From a virus, in the IMG/VR virus record IMGVR_UViG_3300032218_001723, positions 1 to 29,082 of that record: DNA of 29,082 nucleotides. One strand, 5' to 3'. Positions within the stretch are counted from its first letter, which is position 1. Each line of letters starts with the position of its first letter. Positions 12,922 to 19,946 of the stretch are shown in pieces. The translations under genes and the position numbers were made by a program. The notes below the pieces were generated by a model, which saw only the letters and a list, made by a program, of their open reading frames with translations, did not search any database and was not told the DNA's origin.

Positions 12922-14544
12922 TTAATAAACATTTCTACCACAATCAACTTGATATTGATTTACAATAGCTGCCAAATATCCCTGTTCTATTTGTGTTAAA
13001 CCATCACCAAGATGCAAGAAACAATAGGTTCCTGGAATACCCTGGTAAGGTGAATTATTTAATGATAAATTACCTAAATAAAAATCAGCATTCGGTAAAT
13101 TACTTCCACCATTTATACTTTTTGCTGGTGTAATTGGAATACCATTTATTTGTGATGTGATAAAATCACCACCAGTATTTATTTCATTATTAGTGAAATA
13201 ACAACCAGCACTAGGATTTATACCTATTGTGGTAGGGTCAAATGATTGTAAATCACTTCCATTTAAGTATCCTATAACTTGCCAAGTAGTTGGACTATAT
13301 GGATTATTAGCCCACATATTATATTGTCCTGTATAAGCTCCAGCCCAATATTTATCGTTGCTTGGTGTATATCCATAGTTATTTATCCAATAAAAACTAA
13401 ATGAAGTGTTTGCTCTTGTTAAATTACCAGATACACTAAAATTGGTGGATAAGTAAGAACTATGTGTTGTATTTGATGTGGTTGTTGCCCCACTTGAACC
13501 ATAAGTCCATCCAGCACTTTGGGTTAAATAATATGCTGATTGTAATTTAGCTTCAATTCTTATAGAATTGTAAGTTCCACCTAGCATTGGGTAGAAAACA
13601 CGCAATTTGTTGTAAATACCATTTGCCTTTAATTGAGCGAACAAATTATATGTTGCTCCACTTTGGATTGAGCTTACAGAACCTCCCGCAGCAACAACAG
13701 CATTTAAGTAAGCCGTTGCATCAGGGTCGGCAGCTGGTGAAGATGTTGAAGATGGTGTAGGGGTAATTGTAGGCGTTTGTGTAGGTGTAGTTGTCGGTGT
13801 AGTCGTATTCGTTGGGGTATTCGTAGGTGTAGGTGAAGGACAAGCACCCAAATCAACTAAACCTGGATTTAACATCAAATATTCATAAATGTAAGATGTT
13901 CCCCCACTAGTCAAATATATGTTTATTGGAATGTAGTTTGTTGGTGTTAAGGGTAATTGGTAATATACTTGTTGTCCGCTTGTGAAGAATGGTTGTGAGC
14001 TGTATAATGTAGTTGTTGAACCAGTTGTGGCACAAGCATCACTTTGGGTATTACCCGTATAGAATTGACCTGAATAAACTATTGGTGGTGTTGTTGTCGG
14101 TGTATTGGTTGGCGTGATTGTAGGGGTAGTTGTATTCGTAGGCGTTGGACTTGGTAAAGGACAAGTTCCAATATCCGTTATTACCACAACAGCACCATTT
14201 ACATAGGTAATTGTATTTTGTTTAGCACACCAATTAAATGGTGGATATGGAAATAGTGGTATTGATAAGTTTTTAGTTAGTCCATCATTACAATCTACAT
14301 AAGTGTATAATGAACCACCACCGCCTGTTATTGTAATTTCATATGTTCTACATGCTCTTGGGTCTGTAGGAGTTGGGGTGGTTGTGTAAGTTGGTGTAAT
14401 AGAAGGCGTAGGGGTATTCGTAGGTGTTATAGATGGGGTTGGTGAAGGTGATGTACCAGGAAATAATATACCAGGGACTTGTCCCCCGTAATTATACACT
14501 TGTTCGCCTTGAAAATATTGTGTTAAAAGTGATTTAACTTTCAT
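12922..14544 (-). CDS. Modular tail fibre / receptor-binding protein, 540 aa: three Pro/Thr linkers, two small Cys-bounded modules, and a C-terminal LamG/ConA-like domain
   Basis: PT linkers lie at residues 31-61, 130-154 and 236-270. The C-terminal DPDATAYLNAVVAAGGSVSSIQSGATYNLFAQLKANGIYNKLRVFYPMLGG... matches the start of LamG-like domains common in Bacteroidota phage fibres. That match is from memory. Confidence 0.65.
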   Translation of the reverse strand: MKVKSLLTQYFQGEQVYNYGGQVPGILFPGTSPSPTPSITPTNTPTPSITPTYTTTPTPTDPRACRTYEITITGGGGSLYTYVDCNDGLTKNLSIPLFPYPPFNWCAKQNTITYVNGAVVVITDIGTCPLPSPTPTNTTTPTITPTNTPTTTPPIVYSGQFYTGNTQSDACATTGSTTTLYSSQPFFTSGQQVYYQLPLTPTNYIPINIYLTSGGTSYIYEYLMLNPGLVDLGACPSPTPTNTPTNTTTPTTTPTQTPTITPTPSSTSSPAADPDATAYLNAVVAAGGSVSSIQSGATYNLFAQLKANGIYNKLRVFYPMLGGTYNSIRIEAKLQSAYYLTQSAGWTYGSSGATTTSNTTHSSYLSTNFSVSGNLTRANTSFSFYWINNYGYTPSNDKYWAGAYTGQYNMWANNPYSPTTWQVIGYLNGSDLQSFDPTTIGINPSAGCYFTNNEINTGGDFITSQINGIPITPAKSINGGSNLPNADFYLGNLSLNNSPYQGIPGTYCFLHLGDGLTQIEQGYLAAIVNQYQVDCGRNVY

Positions 14545-14776
14545 TTGTTATTCTATTATGAACTTGGTTGATTAAGTCATTTACATCTGTGTCTGCCCCA
14601 CTTTTTCCCATTTCGTATATTCTGTGAAATAAGTATTTATCTTCTCTGTAAAACTCCACCTTTATTGTAATGATTGATGTGTATAAATCAAGTCGCAACG
14701 AAGTCAATTTATATCTTGTAATTGGAACAATCGTGTTGTCCTTCCTTATTTTTATGTTTGATATTACTTCAAGCAT
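14534..14776 (-). CDS. Hypothetical protein, 80 aa
   Basis: ATG 14774-14776 comes immediately after the terminator T-tract. It overlaps the next gene by 11 nt. Confidence 0.5.
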   Translation of the reverse strand: MLEVISNIKIRKDNTIVPITRYKLTSLRLDLYTSIITIKVEFYREDKYLFHRIYEMGKSGADTDVNDLINQVHNRITNES

Positions 14777-14782
14777 AGGCTT

Positions 14783-14810
14783 AAAAAAAATGGGGGCTTT
14801 TGACCCCCAT
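14783..14810 (-). terminator. Strong rho-independent terminator
   Basis: The minus strand reads ATGGGGG-TCAAAAG-CCCCCAT followed by TTTTTTT, 14 nt after the stop of ORF 14824..15408. Confidence 0.85.
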
Positions 14811-14823
14811 TAAAAAGGTTTTT

Positions 14824-15408
14824 TTAGTTGTTGTAGTATAAACCAAAACCTGTTCCTGATACGAAGTCAGCCAAGGTTGTAGTTACTAGCATTTCTGGAA
14901 CGCTTCTAGTTCCGTTAGAAGTTAAAGCCAAGGACAGCAACTGGTCGTCTCCTGGAAGCGAACCCGAAACTATGCCTGCTGTTTCAATAAACATTCCACC
15001 ATCAGCACCTGCCAAGAAGTATTTACCAGTTTTCAATTTCACGATGAAATATGACTGGACGTTCTTAACGATTTGTTGATAAAGGTTTGTATTTACCTGT
15101 GAAATACCAGGGATTGTGAATAACAATTTAGTGTTAAATGTGAAACCTAGTGAAGGGATATTCACAGAAGTTTCTTCATTTAATGCAGCACTACTATTTC
15201 TTACAAGGTCAATTTGTTGCCAAGTTAAACCAGATGTAGCAGCTGAAAATGAAGTGATATAACCATCACCATCATAAGTGATAGAAGCGAATTGAGCGTC
15301 TAAAGAAGAGCCTGTAGAAGTTAAAACGAACAACTGGTCTAAACCAGGGACATTATTCACACAAGATTGTAGAGCTAATCCGTTTGTTATGATACAATTA
15401 GATGCCAT
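14824..15408 (-). CDS. Abundant virion protein, probable major tail tube protein, 194 aa
   Basis: It directly follows the capsid gene, has a long A-rich leader and is followed by the strongest terminator in the genome. It is beta-rich with no Cys modules. A capsid decoration protein is an alternative. Confidence 0.45.
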   Translation of the reverse strand: MASNCIITNGLALQSCVNNVPGLDQLFVLTSTGSSLDAQFASITYDGDGYITSFSAATSGLTWQQIDLVRNSSAALNEETSVNIPSLGFTFNTKLLFTIPGISQVNTNLYQQIVKNVQSYFIVKLKTGKYFLAGADGGMFIETAGIVSGSLPGDDQLLSLALTSNGTRSVPEMLVTTTLADFVSGTGFGLYYNN

Positions 15409-15456
15409 AATATTATATTTTTTATGTTTTTTTTAATTTTTTATTTTTTGTTATTA

Positions 15457-15509
15457 GGTTGTGTGAATTATTTTACATATCTTTGTGATATGAAATAACA
15501 CACACAACC
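15457..15509 (-). other. Nested hairpin between the capsid and tube genes (no U-tract)
   Basis: On the plus strand the outer arms are GGTTGTGTG (15457-15465) and CACACAACC (15501-15509), and the inner arms are CATATC (15475-15480) and GATATG (15486-15491). Confidence 0.5.
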
Positions 15510-15528
15510 ATATAAACTACTGATTTAA

Positions 15529-16464
15529 TTATTTTGCAAACACTACTTGTGAAGCGAAGCCTATTGTGCCGCCGATTTTCATACTCAATTTTAATCTCGT
15601 TTGTTGAAAATCGTAAGAATACCAACTGATTGGTGAAGAAATATCACTTAACAAGTCAGTTCCATACATAAAGTTGTCTGGGTTAGTGATAGTTGCATAA
15701 CCTGCTTGGATTTCACAAGAAATAGCAATTACATTAGTGAAAGGGATTTGGATTGCCATTTGTCCGTTTTCTAAAGTAATTGGGTTGAAGTTATACAAGT
15801 TTTGGTTTCTTAACGCTAATTGTAAAGCTTGGAAGTCGTTGTGGTTCAAGCTCATAATAGTTGTAATAACTTTTAATGGAGCAGGGATGTTTAAGATGTA
15901 AGCATCACTCACAGCAACTGCGTTAGATGGGGTCATCGCTGTGTAAGTTACTGGAACAGAACTTGCACTTAATGATGGACTTTTTAATTGTTCTATAATA
16001 CCAGAACAACCATCAGTAGCAGCTTCAGCATTCCAAAATCTTCTTGAAGCATATACGTTCGCTTTTTTAGCGATGTCTGCCATAAAGCTTTCTTCAACTG
16101 CAGGAGCCAAGTTAGGTGCGTAAGAACCAGGTGATAATCTAATAGACATAATTGTTCTATTCAATTCATCATCACACCAGTTTTTCTGGATGTTGTATTG
16201 GCATACACGCAATTCACGTTCTGCCATAACGATTGTTCCACCGCTGAACTCACAAGAAGTTCCTGGATTTGCAATCGTATCTATGTCTCCTGTTTCATAT
16301 ACAGGGATTAGTTCTCCAAACTTAATGCCTGGAATTACTTTGTATGTTTGAGCTTCAATAGTATCCATTACGATTTTGTGTAATAACAAATCCGCATTAG
16401 CATTTAAGTAATCAACCATACCTGTAGTATCAAAATTAAAATTAAGATTTTTTAAGTTTTTCAT
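15529..16464 (-). CDS. Major capsid protein (HK97-fold type), 311 aa
   Basis: The size and the position after an acidic scaffold-like gene fit. So does the pattern of segments LIPVYETGD...CEFSGGTIVMAERELRVCQYNIQKNWCDDEL...SPGSY...RRFWNAE. Confidence 0.65.
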   Translation of the reverse strand: MKNLKNLNFNFDTTGMVDYLNANADLLLHKIVMDTIEAQTYKVIPGIKFGELIPVYETGDIDTIANPGTSCEFSGGTIVMAERELRVCQYNIQKNWCDDELNRTIMSIRLSPGSYAPNLAPAVEESFMADIAKKANVYASRRFWNAEAATDGCSGIIEQLKSPSLSASSVPVTYTAMTPSNAVAVSDAYILNIPAPLKVITTIMSLNHNDFQALQLALRNQNLYNFNPITLENGQMAIQIPFTNVIAISCEIQAGYATITNPDNFMYGTDLLSDISSPISWYSYDFQQTRLKLSMKIGGTIGFASQVVFAK

Positions 16465-16503
16465 AATAATAGGTTTTTTTATTTTTGTGTTTTTAATTTT
16501 TAT

Positions 16504-17058
16504 TTATTTACCCGCTTTCATCGCTTTCAAGATTTCATATCTTCTGTCGCTTGAAAAAGCACTTGGGACAATCTTGTTTTCGTTTAATGGAGCGTGTGAT
16601 GCTGATTTCTTGAAATCTTCTAAATCGGTTTTCAAGTCAGCGATTTCTTTTGATTGTGCTTCAAACGCAAATAATACGTCGTGAATAGCAGCTTTTAATG
16701 CTTCCATTTGTGAGCTGTCGCTTTTTGCAGACACACTATCAACTGGTGCATTTTGGGTTGTAGAACCATCTTCAGTTCCTTCTTTTTGAGCGTCTGCGAT
16801 TTCAATTAAAATACCATCAGCATCAACGGAATATACTTTCATTCCATCAGCAGAAGTGTAATCACCTTCAGCTAAAACGCTTAACGTATTATCATCGTTT
16901 TTAAGTGATATTTTATCACCTACCATTAAATCACCAGAAGCACCATTTGTGATAGTTTTACCATCAAACAAATCTACTTCAGCAAAAGTATGGGGAACAG
17001 ATGAAAACTTGAAACCGACTAGGTCAGCTACTTTTTGTAATAATTCAATATTTTTCAT
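16504..17058 (-). CDS. Scaffolding protein candidate, 184 aa
   Basis: I prefer the start MKNIELLQK (ATG 17056-17058). It is acidic, has a C-terminal coiled coil (EALKAAIHDVLFAFEAQSKEIADLKTDLEDFKK) and lies immediately upstream of the capsid gene. Confidence 0.5.
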   Translation of the reverse strand: MKNIELLQKVADLVGFKFSSVPHTFAEVDLFDGKTITNGASGDLMVGDKISLKNDDNTLSVLAEGDYTSADGMKVYSVDADGILIEIADAQKEGTEDGSTTQNAPVDSVSAKSDSSQMEALKAAIHDVLFAFEAQSKEIADLKTDLEDFKKSASHAPLNENKIVPSAFSSDRRYEILKAMKAGK

Positions 17059-17121
17059 AAGAATGTTTTTTTGTTTATTGTTTATCATAAATATACCATA
17101 AAAATGATATATCAATATAGT

Positions 17122-17493
17122 TTAATCTAAAGATAGTAGATATAAAGTTTCAGCGACAAGTTGTGCGATTTCATCAACCTGATTTTGTATCCAAGTTTCT
17201 TGATAGATATTCTTTCTTTCACTTTGGACGTAATCATAAACTTGCTTGAAATAAGCTATTACTTGTTCTTTAGATTTGTAATCTTCAGGTTCGTGGGTTG
17301 TGTATCCCATAGGTCTATCATAAATCCCCGCAACACTTTCAACCAACCCATCTAACAATTCCAAGATTTCATCATAGAAGTTGTTTAATGCTTTGTGTTG
17401 GGAAAACGATGTAGTTTGATTATGCCAGAATATCGCTTGTTGCTTACAGCTGTTTAGCGATGATAAGAAGTTTGTGAATTGTGGTGTTGCCAT
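17122..17493 (-). CDS. Dps/ferritin-like four-helix-bundle protein, 123 aa
   Basis: FWHNQTTSFSQHKALNNFYDEILELLDGLVESV aligns by eye with the E. coli Dps segment [35 protein letters not shown], L(+3), F(+6), L(+14), D(+15) and E(+19) all match. Confidence 0.45.
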   Translation of the reverse strand: MATPQFTNFLSSLNSCKQQAIFWHNQTTSFSQHKALNNFYDEILELLDGLVESVAGIYDRPMGYTTHEPEDYKSKEQVIAYFKQVYDYVQSERKNIYQETWIQNQVDEIAQLVAETLYLLSLD

Positions 17494-17494
17494 T

Positions 17495-19945
17495 TTACTT
17501 AAATAGTTTTTTTACATTTATTTTACTGAAGATAGATGGTTTCTTTGGAAGGGTTCTATCAATTTCTTGTAGTAATTCTTTCAATTCATCTATGGTTTGT
17601 TTAGCCATATTTTCAGCCTTGATTTTTCCACAGATTTTAGGTGCTGCGGTTTCACCATATTTTTCGGTCATATCTTTTATACACGCTTCCCAAGCGTATG
17701 GCTTGAAGCCATAAACTGCTGGCATGTCCCAACAATCATTACATACCCCGTCAATATATTCATCGTAAGGGATATACTCGGTAATGAACTTTTCACCGAT
17801 AGAACCTAATTCGTCAATTACATCTTGGTTATTGTCGTAGTGTTTTTTAATACCTAATTCAATAATCTTTTCTACTTTTGACTTATTAGAACCAGTAGCA
17901 AAAACTCTGTCGTGGGGAATACCCAATTCATCTGCAGTTGCCAACATACCCGATTTATCATTCCTTGCAGATATGATATAAACTTCATTACCATTTTCAA
18001 TTTCTTGTTTAGCTTTATCAAAACCTTCTTTAGTGGAAAGGGTGCCATCATAATCAAAACTTATTTTTTCTCCTGCCATTTGTTCTACAGACATTTTATT
18101 TTCCCACATACCATAACACATACCAGCAGCTTGCTCTTGTGTTTTACCTTCTTTAATTGCATAGGGGATACATTCAGCAAGGTAATCGTCTTTTGATTGA
18201 CCTGGTTTAGGTTCAATAAACTCTTGTTCTTTAACATCAAAAAAGTTAAATGGAACTTCTTGGAATAAACCTTCTAAACTTATTCCGCTGGTTTCATTTG
18301 ATAAAATGAACTCGTCAAATATTGCTCTGTTGTTGAAGTGAATGGTAGTCATCCAGGTTCCTGGCTCAAATGTTCTACCAAATAATTCATAGGATTTATC
18401 CAATTCAGGATTGTCCCCAACCAACCAGTTTTCATAAGAATAAACATCATCAGGATTAAATACATAATCCGTGTGTTCGTAGTTGATAATACCACCTTTA
18501 ACTTTACCAGTTTGTTGTAGTCGTTGGAACTTCATTAGCATTTGTCTAATTGTATCACGGGACATAAACACCCAATAAGGTGAATTAGTTTCAGCATCAT
18601 AACGATAGATTTTTTGATTAGGTTGAAATACCACAGATGTAATATCACCCATAAAGTCATCAGCAGAAAACATTACATTCATTTCAGTTGCTTTCTTCAT
18701 TTCACGTTCAGCCCAAGCTAATGCTGGTTCCCCACCCCAACTATCATACATAAGTTTTCCACAACCATCATCATAAGATTTTGATGATTGTAAATCACCT
18801 TTATGACGGGACAAATATGAATACATGCGGGTAATAGTTTCAACAGATAGATTTTCACCCTTTGCTAATTGCGATGCTCTGGTTTTACCCACAGGTGTTC
18901 CACAATCACCCCAACCATTCTCTTCAGTCCAATCCACAACTTTTTGTGCGATGTCTTGGATTTCTTTTGTTGGAACAGCAAACGTTTCACGAACCTTGAA
19001 GTGTTCTACCACTTCAGCTGATTTCTCAAAATATTCGGGGGTAATTTCAACAGGACAATATCCAATCATATCACCCATTTTAACTTTGGTGATAATCTTT
19101 GCTGTTGGTTCAGCAGATAATGCTGCGAACCTTGTTGAATACATATACAATCCCATATGGAAAGCAATTGGTAAATGCTCGTCCATACTAGACATTTGTT
19201 GTTTAGGACGACTACCCTTCGGTAATCTTCCCATATATCTTGCTTCACTAATAAACGGACGACCAACACCATCAATATTTTGACCTGTCCCTAAAGCTGA
19301 TTGTGCTTTAAGTGGTATTCTTGCTAATGCTTGTTCGTAAGTTTCGTTCAACCCAATAGGGAAGTCAATTTGCTGCCATCTATGGCAACAACGATTTCCA
19401 CCTTTGTATTGTAGAAAATCTACTTCAGGTGCCGTATGAGCTCGGGGAACTAAATTAAAAGTATCACCTTGAGCGGTCAATTGCATAGAATAGTTTTGTA
19501 TATCACTTTTAGACCAAACCTTTTGTGATAATAACATCTTTCTACATAGTTGTCTTGATAAGGGTTTTAAGGGTGCTCCTACACCTGTATCAACTACATA
19601 GATATATCTTGATATAACCGAAGCTGTATCACTTGTATCATCACCGAAACTTTCAGCACGGGGATTAGGACTAATATTTGGAACGGCGAAGTTTTCAATA
19701 ACCAATTCATCAATAGGTTTTATCGTTGCACTAAAGAATGCTTCAGGACTAACTAATGTCCCGTAATTATCCAATAGGTCAAGTGCTTCCTGTGGTAAGT
19801 CAGCTTTATGGTCGCAGCTAATTGGTTCAGTTTCCTGGTTGAATACTTCCCAAGTAATTTGGGTTGCTGGTTCTTTAACCAAACTTAACAGGGAAACCCC
19901 TGATAAATCATCTTCTTCGTCTATTTTAAGCTCAAATACTTTCAT
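17495..19945 (-). CDS. Head-morphogenesis polyprotein, 816 aa: XkdF-like protease/scaffold domain split by an insertion of about 390 aa, plus a HAD-phosphatase-like domain
   Basis: Residues 1-35 (GVSLLSLVKEPATQITWEVF) and 430-565 (DITSVVFQPNQKIYRY...INYEHTD...GTWMTTIHFNN...GISLEGLF) together resemble one XkdF domain. HAD motifs are present: FDYDGTL, YIISAR, SNKSK and YDNNQD (residues 626-720). Two C...QAAGMC / C...AAPKIC motifs flank the HAD domain. Confidence 0.55.
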   Translation of the reverse strand: MKVFELKIDEEDDLSGVSLLSLVKEPATQITWEVFNQETEPISCDHKADLPQEALDLLDNYGTLVSPEAFFSATIKPIDELVIENFAVPNISPNPRAESFGDDTSDTASVISRYIYVVDTGVGAPLKPLSRQLCRKMLLSQKVWSKSDIQNYSMQLTAQGDTFNLVPRAHTAPEVDFLQYKGGNRCCHRWQQIDFPIGLNETYEQALARIPLKAQSALGTGQNIDGVGRPFISEARYMGRLPKGSRPKQQMSSMDEHLPIAFHMGLYMYSTRFAALSAEPTAKIITKVKMGDMIGYCPVEITPEYFEKSAEVVEHFKVRETFAVPTKEIQDIAQKVVDWTEENGWGDCGTPVGKTRASQLAKGENLSVETITRMYSYLSRHKGDLQSSKSYDDGCGKLMYDSWGGEPALAWAEREMKKATEMNVMFSADDFMGDITSVVFQPNQKIYRYDAETNSPYWVFMSRDTIRQMLMKFQRLQQTGKVKGGIINYEHTDYVFNPDDVYSYENWLVGDNPELDKSYELFGRTFEPGTWMTTIHFNNRAIFDEFILSNETSGISLEGLFQEVPFNFFDVKEQEFIEPKPGQSKDDYLAECIPYAIKEGKTQEQAAGMCYGMWENKMSVEQMAGEKISFDYDGTLSTKEGFDKAKQEIENGNEVYIISARNDKSGMLATADELGIPHDRVFATGSNKSKVEKIIELGIKKHYDNNQDVIDELGSIGEKFITEYIPYDEYIDGVCNDCWDMPAVYGFKPYAWEACIKDMTEKYGETAAPKICGKIKAENMAKQTIDELKELLQEIDRTLPKKPSIFSKINVKKLFK

Positions 19946-19946
19946 A

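Noticed and set aside
12969-12978. A fourth TTTGGCAG octamer, inside the 3-prime end of the 540-aa gene
   Set aside because: No TAnnTTTG box follows at 19-20 nt, and the next gene starts only 11 nt after the stop. It is probably coincidental.
13735-14454. PT-linker DNA and modular tail genes as targets of a diversity-generating retroelement
   Set aside because: There is no reverse transcriptase gene and no template-repeat/variable-repeat pair anywhere in this complete genome.
15477-15484. A plus-strand TATCTTTG -7-like box in the capsid/tube intergenic hairpin
   Set aside because: The nearest upstream TTTG is 26 nt away, no plus-strand ORF follows, and the box is explained as one arm and loop of the CATATC/GATATG hairpin.
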